A DNA stretch of 64,000 nucleotides from Azolla caroliniana (Eukaryota; Plantae; Polypodiophyta): positions 2,666,001 to 2,730,000 of the forward strand of contig JBHGNT010000015.1 of assembly GCA_043228905.1 (NCBI GenBank), given 5' to 3'. The first letter of the stretch is position 1; each line of letters opens with the position of its first letter. Under the pieces are notes generated by a model, which was not told the DNA's origin, did not search any database, and saw nothing but the letters and a program-made list of their open reading frames with translations. Positions 15,506-28,768 of this stretch are shown piece after piece. The position numbers were made by a program, and so were the translations under genes.

Positions 15506-18087
15506 GACATTGCCATTATTTATCATTTTCTCCTAAAGCGTAGATTTCTCATTGTTGGCATTATTGATATTTATATTTATTTAGATTGAAATTCTTAGGA
15601 TCCACAACCTTCCCACGTGACACGAAACAAAACATATATCCATATGTAAGGTTAAGGAAAACATATATCCCTCTCCTTGGCGTGTAATTGTTGAAGTTGA
15701 TAATCTTCAAGGGGATTTCATATGGAGTTAAGTACGTTATATTGCAATCATAGTTCTCTTTCTATAGCCAAAGAGAGAGATTTTGTTATCGGTCTTTCAA
15801 GGTCAAATATGACATATGAGACAAAAATATAACATTTTGTGAAAGTGACTAATGACACTCATTGTTCAATAACTTTAGTAATGAATGTCGCAATCAAGAT
15901 TGCACATTATGATTATGAGAGAAGTTTGTGCAAGGATTGGGTATGGTCAAAGACATGTGGGAAACATAGTTGAATGTAAACAAAGATAGAACATTGCAAC
16001 CAACTCTCATACTTAGACTCCCAAACTTGTTTAAGGCAACATGAATTGATTTTGGGTTCCCTTTTGGCAAAAAATATGGTTTTGTAATTAGGTGCACCAT
16101 ATGTGGTATAATGTGTGACTCATGAGCCTCCACATTTTCCCCATGTCATGATATATTAATGTCACAAAAAGGTCACATTCGCAAAGGAATCTATTGATGC
16201 ATCATGAAGTAAGTGTGTTGCATCCCATATTCTCAACTGATTTTCTATATCTTACATCCAACTGTAACACAATTTTGCTTTAATGTGTCTTTCGAATCTC
16301 TTTGAATGTTCCACATACGATTAGGAAGTCGGTGCGAGGGACTTTTTTGAACCTTTCTATGGTCATGACCTCAATGGGAAGTGGGTGTATGACGTTTGTT
16401 CCTTGACTTAGAAAAACTTCATAACATTTTCAAACTCTTTCCAAGTGGACATAGGGATGATACCATCCCATAAGTTAGCCCATAAAGAAGCATTGATGTC
16501 CCCTAAGTATCAAAAAGGTATTTCTTGAGGGCCCAACACTTAATTTCTCTATTATTGCATGTGTTTTCAATGCATTATATGCTTTTCATGCCGCCTCTAG
16601 GCAATGGACTAGCATATTCACTCAATCTATGATTTAAAGGAACTTCAAGCCCAAGGTATTTAAAGCTTTCCATAGATTAAAGTGACCCATTATTATACAT
16701 GGTGCATGGTTTATCTTTATTTTGCCTCTTCACAAGCATAATCTTTGTTTAAGAGCTATTTCCTCTCAACTTGGTATACATGCAAAATTCTTCCAATGCC
16801 CTAGAGCGTTTATGCATTTCTTAAAGTATTTGCAAAAAAACATTACTTCATGCATATAAAAAAATGATCTATTCCCAATGACAATTTCTTTAATGGTTTC
16901 TTTAATGCATAGACCAAATAGAGTCGGTTAGAGTGGGCATCATTGCATAACACCATTAGTGATATTGAAAAAAGTTAACATTTCATCGCTCATACACACA
17001 CAACATATAACCTTCTCATAGATTCATGCAATTGCAAACATATGTTCACACTTGGATTGTCAAGTTGTTGCATGTGCCTCCAAAGATACTCATGAACTAT
17101 CGTATCAAAAGCTTTCTTGAAAGCAAAGGATGACAAGGTGATTAATGGTGCTATCTTCTCCATAAGGTCTCTTGGTATGTTTAACCCGTGCGCTTATCTT
17201 TGACTCCATTATAAATCCAAAAAGTTTTACCATTAGTGAACGGACCATAATATATAGTTCCACATTATTTACATTTCCAAGTTTATGTAAAAGTTCGATC
17301 CAATTCATAATCCCTATCATAAAACATGATGTATCTATAAATATACTTCCTTTCTCATCCATTGATATTTCAACCTTCGCTATCTTAAGAGTTTCAATCT
17401 AAACAAATATGAATATCAATAATGCCTCTATTTGTGCCTTCACCATTAAATTACACCTCCCTTGTTCTATAAATAGAATGTCTGTGATGAACGACATGTA
17501 AAAGATGAACATCAGTGAATAAATGTGTAAGCACTTTCATGATCCCTCCTTTACTTAATCACTATTCAGTACATATTTATGTTTTTCTTACGGTATGCAA
17601 TAATGCTTGTGGAAACCTTACAATTAAGGAAGAACGAAATCATTTTTTCAGTAGCTCTTTACAACAACATTGTCTATAACAAATATCTGCTGGTATTAGT
17701 TCGCACATGACTTTTTGGCAAATTTAAGCTGCATTTGCATGAACAGTTACTTTTGTTAGTAGGAATGCAAATAGTGGATAAGGAATGGTGGGAAGGGATG
17801 AGGGAGTTGTCTTGTATAACTCATCTTCTTTCAAAACTCTTCTAATAAGCAGCAGGACTCAGTTTTATTTCACCATAGGACTGCCTCCTCAAAACTCAGT
17901 TATCTATACAGAGGATATATGTACAAAGCCGACAACAGGTTTGAGCTGTTGTGGAAGGCATCCACGGTAGCAATCTATATATAGTATATCTCCATCGCTT
18001 CTCCAGAATGGGCCTATTTCTCAACTATAATAACACAATCTCTGCCTATGAAAACTTGTGAATTAGATGTCGCCTTGTAATATTGTC

Positions 18088-20228
18088 TTAGTTAAGCTGT
18101 TGTCTGCAAATAGGGCAAACCACATGCCTCTCCAGCCATTGATCCACACACTTTAAATGGAACGTGTGATTACATACTGGTAATGTCCGAGCGATATCCC
18201 CCTGCTCTAGCTCCTATATGACATGGGAAAAGAAGTTAGGACTTTAGTTGAGAAACATCCTCACAACAAACAAGATGTATCAAATCAAAAGACAGTTTTA
18301 CAAACATTAGAAACTGATTAATATTCGAAATAAATCAGAACATACTTTAGAAACCATGAAGGACTGGTTTTATTATCCCGACAAACGGGATGGCAAAATG
18401 TAAGGGACTGTTTTAATATTGAATACTTTACCTTACCTGTAAGCATACTGTGCAACAGATTGAATCTCCACTGGTATCCATCTTATTGTGTTCAGTGACT
18501 TCATGAAATGGAAGACCTTTCAGGAACTCCTGTGAAGCACCTTTTAATCTTCCCTCCGCTGGGAGGAACACCTCAAACAGCTCTTCGTAGCTCATTTCCG
18601 AAAAGTTAATCTGTCCAGAATAAATAGAGGTGTCCAAGTTAGAACAGGACAGAGATGATAAAATGCAACTCATAGACACTGATTTACATAAGGCAGCATC
18701 ATACATATTAACATTTTCCTAGGTAGCACGCAAAATCCTTATTTAGTAACAAGTTGAACTATATAACTCCTGTCTGAGTGTAAGAGGAAATGGAAATCAC
18801 AAATAGTGTGCTTCATACAGGGCAGCATCATATATTAACATTGTTCCTAAGTAGCAAATCTCATTCGATCACACGAGTAACTAAGAAGACCCTGTATGAA
18901 TGTACAAAAGAGCAATATTGACAGAATTCAAAGTTTTGGAAGCTTCAGCAACCTAAAAAGAACTCTAGAAAGGTAAACTTTAAAAATTGATCAGAAACCT
19001 CAACTGAGCATCTGGGAATAACTCGGAATTTCGTTCTAATAAAATGAAAAAAAACTGCAACATATATTAACAGGGCAAATAGACACTTATTGCGGTTATA
19101 TAAACAAAACCAGAAAACAAAACCAACCTGAAATCTTTCAGTGGCTGAGATCGCAGGGGCAAGAAATTCACGAATAAATCTTCCATTTAACAGGTCTTCA
19201 AAGAAATCGATCTGGAGAAGCAAATAAAAGCAACTTTCCCTTAGCACATGAGCATAATGAAATTAACATAAAGACGCTTTACATGATCTGATGATGTGCA
19301 TGGCATCACCTGAGTGACACAATAAGGGAGAGGTAAAGAACAAATGTTAATGGGAAAAACAACTATGGATTACCATGGATGGAAGTGAGGTGGAACCAGA
19401 GCGTTCAGATTGCCAGTAAGTTCGAGAAGCTTCTAAGACTTCAATGGAGAGGACAGCACCAGCCACAGCTCCCAAACCTGCTCCTTGAATAAGGCTACTT
19501 TGTGGTGCACGGCATGCTAATGCTCCAGTAATTGAGCCAGAAACAGCTCCCACTGCACAGTAATGAAACAAGAACAATGAAATCACCGCTAATTTGAGTG
19601 GAAGGTAAGGAGCAAAGACTCTTTGAGGAAACACTTTTACAAGAATAAAGCAATACTTCTTGGAGATTAAATAAGCGTTCCTTCCATCACAAGGCTTCAA
19701 AAGAGAAAGAGAACTTCTCTAGAGTCTTCAGCAGATAAGGAAGACTTCATCCAAGAAATGTTTATTCATAGAATGATCACTACTTCAAGAAAACATTTCA
19801 ACTGAGAAATATCACTTCTTCAGAGAAACATTTACGCAGAGAGACGTTTCTTCTTTGAGGAAACGTTTTTCTTCAAAGAAAAAACTTCAGTTGAGATACT
19901 GACGTTTTCTTTCTCAATCTTTTCATTTAGCAGAAAAATGTGTCTTCGTGGAAAGAAGAATAAAACGTTAATTTAACAGAGAGAATAAGATCGCTGACTT
20001 ACCTAGGGCGAAAGTACCGGTCAAGGCACCGGAAAGAACAGTGCTGAAGAAGCTTGAGACTCTGCAGATGGAGAAAGGACGAGAGCAGGGACGAGGGAAC
20101 CAAGATACACTTGGTCTAATGGCGTAGCACATGGAGCAAGAATCTTGTGACACGTCATTTCTATCGAATGTGCAAGCTTTGCAGGTCCAAACGGTCTCCT
20201 GATGCCGTGCAGAAGATGACGTAGCCAT
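18088..20228 (-). CDS. NEP1-interacting protein-like (NIP1/NIP2-type) transmembrane RING-H2 E3 ligase with N-terminal NZF/RanBP2-like zinc finger, 5 exons, 262 aa
   Basis: Exons 20228-20003, 19552-19374, 19211-19128, 18610-18437, 18213-18088 with GT-AG and consistent phases. TM region [21 protein letters not shown]...[18 protein letters not shown]; RING-H2 CTVCLQ...[27 protein letters not shown]. Confidence 0.93.
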
Positions 20229-20284
20229 GAAGAACGTCAGCGCTCACAGCTAAAGAAGGGGCGAGAGGCCTCGTATAAAATAGC

Positions 20285-20822
20285 AGGAGATTGAAGAAAC
20301 AGAAGAGGAAGCAGGAGAAGAAGAATATGGAAGAAATCGACGGAAAGAGTAAACGGAAGGAACTGAAGAGTCGAGCAAGCCAGAAAATGGACGAATCCCG
20401 GGGCACAAGAAGACGAAGTGGTCGAAGCAGAATAATCTAGAAGCAGCAAGAAGAAGATGATGAAGGAAATGAAGAATCCAGAAGCAGAAGAAGAATCAAG
20501 TACCAAGAACCAAGCAGAAGAAGCAAGAATCGAGTAGAAGAAGCAAGAATCGGGCAGAAGAAACGAAAATCGAGCAGAAGCAGCAACAGAAGAAGCGCAA
20601 GAAGCAAGAATCGGGCAGAAGCAGCAACAGAAGAAGAGCAAGAAGCAAGAATCGAGCAGGAGAAGCAAGAATCGGGCAATAGAATCAAGAATCGGGGAGG
20701 AGAAGCAAGAATCGGGCAGAAGAAGCGAAAATCGAGCAGAAGCAGCAACAGAAGAAGAGCAAGAAGCAGGTAGAAGCAGCAAGCAGAGAATCAAGAAACG
20801 GAAGAATCAAGAAGCAAGAAAT
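20285..20822. repeat. GAA/GCA-rich minisatellite in the putative 5' leader of the RING gene
   Basis: Repeated blocks agaagcaagaatcg(g/a)gcagaagcagcaacagaagaag(a)gc. These generate several spurious ORFs. Confidence 0.85.
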
Positions 20823-20954
20823 GAAACGGGGAGGGAGGGAGAGAGGGAGCGGCAGAAGCAGCGTCAATGGAGGGAGGGGGAGGATTAAAGGAACGGACAG
20901 ACAAAAAGCTTCAAACAGACGGAACAAAAGCGAGAAAGGGAAGAACACATTTAT

Positions 20955-20991
20955 ATGTGTGTGTGTGTGTGTGTGTGCGTGTGCGTGTGTG
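20955..20991. repeat. (GT)n microsatellite
   Basis: tgtgtgtg...tgcgtgtgcgtgtg. Confidence 0.9.
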
Positions 20992-23900
20992 GAGCCTATA
21001 AGGAAAGAGAGAAGAAAGAGGGGAAGCGTGAGTGAGAAGCTGCGAAGAATGTTGCGCAACAAAATGAAAGAAATGGATTCATTCAAATTTCTCGTCTCTA
21101 AATTAATTTTATCACATAAATATGTATGTATGTATGTACATATACATATACATCATCTGAATCATTTAATTAATGTTCTCTATTTGTTTTATTATTATTC
21201 ACACTTCCAAATCCAACACATCTCTTCCTTGGGGAGGGGGGGGGATCGGCCGTATAAAAGAAAGAGACAAAATATAAACCTTCTCCGAACCGTGAACGTA
21301 AAAAAAGAAATGTCCTCCTCATTGTGTTCCCATAAACTACCCCACGTCAAAAAATGCTTCTTCACTTTCGCTTTCTAGTCTCGTAGGGTCTCTCATTCGA
21401 CCGTTTCGAAAAGACCGGGTTCATAAAATATCTACCCCCCCCCCCAAGGAGAAAGGTTGAAATCCTTTACTGCAAAAGCACTTCTTCCCAAAAGAGAGGA
21501 TTCAAGTTCAAGTCTTGCCGAAGTAGCTTTTTGAGCCAGTAGACGTTAATATATCTTTCTTTCTTTCCTTCTCCCGCACTCTCTCTTCACTTCTTCTATC
21601 TATATTCCACCCATCTCTTTTTACCAACAGACCCACCCCTACGGGCCTCTTTTTTTTTTCACATCACACCACATGTCAACGCTCACTGTCATTGTCACAA
21701 ACACTTCTCGTTCCCTTTTGACATTTTTTTTTTGTTTGTTGGCTTGCTTGTTGTTTTTTTTTTACCCCCTTGCTTTGCATCCCCTCGTTGGGCTCGAGAG
21801 CTTTCGGCCACTTTCCACCTTTTTTCTCTCGCTTCCCGACGCTTGTTTCACCTCGTTTCTAGCTCAGTTGCTCTCCCATATATGCCTTTTCACCTTTTTC
21901 TAGATCGAACACATATCACCTAATTGCGTTGTCTTTTCTTTATGCCCCTAGAACGATGTGTTTACAAACTTTTTCGGTAGCAAAACACTTGTCAACGCCT
22001 ACTCAATTTTTCATCTTTTCTATGTAGGCCTCAGGCAGCTCATGTTTTTTCACCTTCACCAAGTGGTACAATTTAAGTTATCATCTCATACAATTTTCTT
22101 ATCTTCTCTTTGGTTCTAAACATTTCACCCAACATTCACCATCTCCTCGTTGATTTTCCGCCTTTTCTTAGTGGATAGAAGACTTGGAGCGACCCGACAC
22201 TTGTCGTCTTTTCTACATAGCTAGATTTTCACTCAACGATCTTCATTGACTAGCACTTTGCACGTTTCAAAATGAAAAGCAAGGTTTCTAGAAGGGCTTC
22301 TTCACTACCATCACATGATATCAAAAAGGAAACAATTTTTCTTCATTCTAATCCTATTGTCAATGAGTATTTTGAAAGCACGCATGGAAGCATGTTTTCT
22401 ATGTATGTTTTCCCTCTTCTTCCTTTTCATATTTGGATGGGTATTTTGAAATCAAGCACAACAACATGTTTTATATGTCCTTTATCCTCTCCCTACCTTT
22501 GAAAAGAAACATTGTCCTATGCCTAACTAAATCAAAACCCAAAACAATGTTCCTTCAACCCAAAATATTTCGCTTGACATAGCAAGGGTCAAAGATAATA
22601 ACATTGACGATGGAAATTTTTCTTATGGTTTGGTTGATGTGGATGGGTCCTTGGGAAGGAGGTTTTAGAAACGTGGTTTTCATATCCTTTTGTTGACATA
22701 CGATGAAAATTTTGAATCCATATTTGAGAAGAGAAAGTTGTGGAAAGCAAGGAAATTGTTTGCCCCTAGAATTGAGAATGCCTTTTTTGTCATCTTCTCA
22801 TTTGGGAACCTTTTTGTACAAATGGACTATTGGATAGGCCTCATTATTTGGATCCACTAACTCTAAATTGTGCATCTGTCTATCCTTATCCACATTATTC
22901 AAAACCACCGGTTTAGTATCCTTCTACAACATATGCATGCCATCGAATTATATGAAAAATATACTGTGTAAAGTCTCGTCAATTTTGCACAACTGACTAA
23001 GCCTAAATTCCTATCATGACATATCATTGATGCACTTAAAACACGTACATAGTGAATAAGAATATTGTTTATTTTTGCATCGTCATGCCATGTTACACGT
23101 TCAACGATTGCAATGAAGATGCATATACCAAGCAAAGTTCCATAATCTTGACTTTGTTTGTTGCATTATGAAGACGTACGCTTGGAAACGTTGCAACCCA
23201 ATTGCTTCAAAAAATTGATAATTTTTGCCACTATCCTTTTGTGACAACTTGCGTTGACTTATAGAATAAGGTATGGTGGCTTTGCTACATGAAAGTTATG
23301 GCTAGTTCTTTCCAAAGTTATTAGAATGTTTGAAGAAAATCATGTTGAAAGAACAATGCAATAAACTATGGAGGGAATAAGTATCAAATAGAATACATTT
23401 TTTAAAAACTAGCAAAATTGAGAACCTATATGTCATGTAAAAGATTGGAGGAAGAACGAAAATTTATTCTTGTTTTGAACACATATATCCATGCACCTTT
23501 TACACTTAAGCATATAACCCCACCCAAAGTAACCGACGTCTTTTATCATGACAACATAATGTATTATGTGAAAACCAACTTGCACGACATGATTGTTCCT
23601 AATATCGAGTCATATATACAATGTGACTTATCAATCTCCGAACTTCATTCAAAATATAAAGGAAATATATGCATCAATGAGGCATGCATGTGCATGCAAC
23701 TACAATGTGGAGAACATTAGGAATTATTCATATTTGAACATAAATTAATCAAAACATTACATGTAAGTTAGTCAAGTGATCAATAATGGGAAAATGCATT
23801 CTTCTTTGTCTAGGGGAATGTGACGACCTTCAAATATTGACAAACTAGTGACTTTATGTATGATAATTAGAAGTTAGAACTAACACGTAGTTTCTAGCAC

Positions 23901-24575
23901 TAATTTTCTTTGAGATTCATTTCACCTATTATTTCTTGAGCATAATGAACATAACTTATTTTATTCCCCCAAACTAGTAAACTAGTTCGCGTATGAGGAT
24001 TAGAACTACCAAATAGCTTTTAGTAGTAATTTTCGTTCAATATTTATTGACCAACGGTTTCTTGACATTTGCAAGTATCTTAAAAAATCTAAGAAGTTCC
24101 TTTCGAAAAGTCTTATGACAAGTTTGCCTTTATCACATCCTCGCTTTCTTTTCATTTTCCCTTGATGCTCCAAAAGCAGTATAGTCACACCTTCATTAGC
24201 ACGGCATGGTGTTTCTCCTGCCACACGATGTTACTGATGCATTGTCTCTTTTTGGTCATATTTGTTAAATGAGTGAAGCAATATTACAATTTGGTGGGCT
24301 CAAATCTCTCAAGTCTTATTATACTTCCATCCCCACAGTGGATTCATTTACTTCAATTCATCCCTTTATAAATAAATCCTCACAAAATATGGGCACAATG
24401 CATGCATGTTGGGATGTGTGTCCATGTACACGCAGTTAATGCATCCCATGGTAAAAATCATGATACATCTATCCTATGCAAAACTCTCACGAGATAATAA
24501 TAAAAAACAAAATGTTATTCATACATCATGGTTCTTGCAAAAAAGTGCCAATTTCTCGCGTAGCAAGGACTCATG

Positions 24576-24965
24576 TTTTTTTTTTCTTTTCAAAATGAAG
24601 CTACTTTCCCATTAGTTAGGATGGATTATTACAAAAACACTATACAAGGAGGCTTATACACAAATTGGGGAATCTCCCTCCGATAAAGTTCAAGAAAATG
24701 AGACTGCTTACATAGCCTTTCGGACTGACTACTTAATGTAAGTAGATACCTATAGCTAAAAACGGTGCCCTTCAGTGTTGGCTAGTACGAGCCAATTCCT
24801 GGGGCCTACAACGAAGGGAGGGAGGCAGGTGAGTAAAAAACAGCCAGCGTGGGGGTTGGTAGTTCCACCTCGGGCCACTTTCTCCTTGTGTCACCATAGG
24901 CGTGTTCCGCCATTTTTGCCAAAAGCACAAATGGGCACGTCGTTGGTTTTGAACAGTCCAACACA
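24576..24965 (-). mobile_element. Short 5'-truncated 3' fragment of an L1-type LINE
   Basis: T-run at ~24576-24590 is the poly(A) on the minus strand. Minus translation FWQKWRNTPMVTQGESGPRWNYQPPRWLF resembles the ORF2 C-termini of the LINEs at ~28850 and ~61190-61280 (FKKL*CTTPMAAKTGLDIQWQYVVPRLLF). Confidence 0.65.
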
Positions 24966-25024
24966 CATTTTCTTAATGTTGAATTCTAAACAAGCCTTTC
25001 CCAAAAATTTGAAAATATGTAGTA

Positions 25025-26400
25025 GGACGAGAAGTTGAATAACTTCATTACAAAATGTTGTATAACATTTTGATGCATAGAATCTCAAGAAAATGACTAT
25101 TTGTATGATTACAATAGGAATAAACGTAAGGACATTGATATAGGAGAAATACACTCACATGGGACAAAACTATCCTACATTTCTAAACATGCTTATCAAC
25201 CTCCAAATCTCCCATACTAAAATGTTGGAAACCTTATTTTAGTCGGCAAAATATAAATTTGATTCTTACACAGATCACATAATTTAGTCTTAGCTCCCCC
25301 TCCAAGCATCTAAGTGCATTAAATATAAAACAATGCTTTCTACAAACAGTCCATCCTTGTTAAATCAAATTACCCAACTGGAGCCCATTGATACCTAGAT
25401 GTAATGTAATTGTTTTCATTAGCTTGATGTTAGTTTTTAAACTAGTCTTTCTTCACAATGTAAGAATATACAATGGGAGTCGAACCCTGAAAAACTCAGT
25501 CACAAAATGCAATGTAAGACTAGTCTTTCTTGACAATATAAGAATATGCAATGGGAGTTGAACCTAAGCAACTTTGATACAATATGTCATATAACATTGT
25601 GATCATAACATTTCCAGAAAATGACTATTTCTATGATAATGATAGGATTCTAGATGTATTTTAAGAATAAAAGAATCCAATTAAGGAAAAATACAGTCAC
25701 ATGGAACAAAATTAATGTATTGTTCTAAAGTATGTCTATTATCAATTTCCACCCTTTAATACTTAAATGTTGCGACCCTTAATTTAGTCGGCAAAGGATG
25801 CCTTTGATTTTTATGATAGATCATATAATTTTGTTTTAGCTCCCAGTCCAACCAACTAAATGAGCTAAATATAAAATGTTTGCTTTCCATTGGCAATCCA
25901 TCATTAGTTAATCAAAATACCCAAATGGAGCCCAATGGTATCCATATGCTTGAATATTTTCATCAACATGATATCAAACATTGAAAATATAAGAATGCGA
26001 AGTGAAACTCAAATCGATAGGCCTCTGTTACAAAATTTCATATAACATTGTGATACTTAACGTTCCAAGAAAATGACTATTTCTATAATATCAATGAGAT
26101 CCTCTAAGTATTTCAAGAGCAAACGGATTCAACATAGGACAAATGGGGTCATAAGGGACAAAAATAATCCATTGTTTTCAAATATGTCTGCTATCAATTT
26201 CCTGCCTTCCATTACTAACATGGGGCAACCCTTATTTTAGTCGGCAAAGGATGCACTCAATTCTTATCATGCATCACATAATTTTGTTTCTATTCCAAGT
26301 CCAACCATCTGAATGTGCTAAATATAAAATATTGCTCTCTACATGCAATCCATCATGAATGAATCAAAATAACCAATTGCACCCCAATGGTACCTAGATG
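25025..26400. repeat. Degenerate tandem triplication of a ~450-530-bp unit
   Basis: Anchors aaaatgactattt, ttagtcggcaaa, aaatataaaa...aatccatc...ccca(a/t)tggtacctagatg recur three times (units begin near 25049, 25577, 26029). Confidence 0.85.
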
Positions 26401-28768
26401 CTTGCAAACAATAGTCTTGTGTTTGGAAAAGGATAAGAAGAAGATGATGTGTAGAATGTCTCTTAAGGTGCAAGTGCAGTATATGAAAACAAAACAATAA
26501 ACATCTTATGACTTGTCATCTTCTCGAGCAATGAAATTTAACAAAACCTAACTAAGAGTAAAAAGTGAGAACAAAATATTGGTACAAATTTGCTTGATGG
26601 AGTCTTGGCTCGAGCCTATGATATTTCCTAATGGTATGTTCTCTTAGGTGTTTGTGGAGTGGGTGTTTCATTCTTCTCCAAGGTGAATTTAGTCATCTCT
26701 TGAGCATGAATTCATTAGATCTCTTCATAGTATTTAAATGTTCTAATTTTCCTAGCTTGTTTGCCATTTGCACTCTACTTGGGCTTACATGGATCGTACA
26801 ACCTATGGCATATAGAGGATGATGAACTGAAGTCAATGGCCACACTCTATTCCAATGGATGCAAAGGTGTCCTATTCTTCAACATGGCTAATATGTATCC
26901 TTAAAGTTCTATAATATAGAATCCCAAGCACTTATAGTCCTCAAAATGCATGACACATTCTAATGGTGCAAAACCCTCTCAAAACAAACAATGGTGTTTG
27001 TCTCAAAGATCAAGGTTATATTACATCTACATGTGTAGTCAGATAGGTCATTTGTTGTGCTCTCAATTGTCACTTACTCCCATCTACCCGTCTCTATAAT
27101 GAGTCTATGCGAAAAGAAAAAAAATGAAATAGTGAATATGCTCGTCCACTATTGCATCCTTGCTAGTTATATAATCAATAACACAAGTTTAGGGATGCAC
27201 CCTCGTAAATATATGGTTTTATACATGACACATAATATGCATGTGTCCGTAAATATACCCCAAACCTAACGGAGAATGACATGTCAAAATGGTAGAGCAA
27301 AAATAGGCCTCCAAACATTTGTAAGAAAAACTTCCATTGAAGTGAAGTACAACATTTCAACTTAAAAAATCAATGTTAAACAATATTGAGTTTGCAAACA
27401 TAATGAGTAGGAATTGAAAGAAAAAGGCTCAACGAATGATTCAATGATACAAAAACAAGTGTCAAGGACAATTTATTAAGACAATCTAAGATGTCTTTTT
27501 CCATAGGTTACAAGAAAAGTTAGCTATTATCCTATATGTCAATGCATAAACCTCACCTTGAAGTCACAATACATTTTAAATTCATCTATAGAAATCATAT
27601 TTTTCTTATTATATTACAAAACCAAATATTATAGGGGGATAAAGGGAAAACATATGGAAGAGAACAAACCCTCACTTAAGGGTATGATGTGATGTGTGAG
27701 CATTTGCTAGAAGTGATGATGCACGAGTTTTTTGGGCAATATAATTCTTCATTTTCCATGCAATTCAAGAAGTTCACCCTTGAACATGTATGATAACATG
27801 TATCCCATGGATCTTGAAAACCTCGATTTTCTTTAGTTTCATAGCACAAACGTATGATACTTGTCAAATCGAACTTGTATAATATACAAGTTTTTGTAAC
27901 TTTTTTTTTATGTGGCTCACAAATATAGAAGATCATAGTTTTAACTAGTAAAGTAGTGAAATAAAGCCCTAGGGATAAATTAGAATAGAGAGAGACACAA
28001 AATCAATGAACAATAAAAGTTCTTGCATGAGAGTATGGAGAGGGGAGACAAAGGTATAAGTAATTGCTTGATTGAATTCATTGCGTGACAGAGGGTGAAA
28101 AGATGCAACTAATAAAATGATAAATATATCATGAAAGGTTCAACTTGTGCAAAATAGTAGATCTCGTGATTCATGAACCATGAGCATGGTTCTTCACTCT
28201 ATGTCAAGCTCAAAATGGAAATCTGATATTGTACTTATAGATCATTGTTAGCGCCATGACAATGCCTCAACATTAAAAACTAACATATCAATCTCATCAA
28301 AACCAACAAAAAGATCACTACCATTATGGTTTGGCTTTGTGCATGCTATACAAAATGGCACATCCCCCAAAGGATTCACTTTTCAAGTAAAGTAGATTTA
28401 GTTCAACTTGCATGAGTCAACTCCATACATAACCCTCCCTATTTATGTGTATATTCATTCGTGTGCACCCTTATATACACCTAAACAAAATCTTGTGAAT
28501 AAGTGGACAATATCATCTCTCTTGTAATGTGTAATTTCACATTGCCCTCACAAGTAATGTTATTAGAAGACCGGAAAGCCTCAATAAATGTACCAGATGA
28601 TAAGGTTGAGAACTGAATATATGTACGTTATAATACTTGAGTTATCATGCGATTACCATGTATTTGATTCATGGTGATAAGCTAATTTTGATGAATAGAT
28701 AAATGTAAGTTAGAGTGAGAAACAAGTCAACACAATGAGATGATATTTTTATTTATTTTGTTTTGTTT

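Noticed and set aside
15800-17420. Possible decayed DNA-transposase remnant on the minus strand
   Set aside because: Short coding-like fragments only; no motif, TIR or TSD that I can support.
20437-21378. Overlapping 100-185-aa ORFs
   Set aside because: Derived from minisatellite and microsatellite sequence.
22600-22800. Apparent similarity to 490-620
   Set aside because: Only scattered short word matches; cannot be supported without an alignment.
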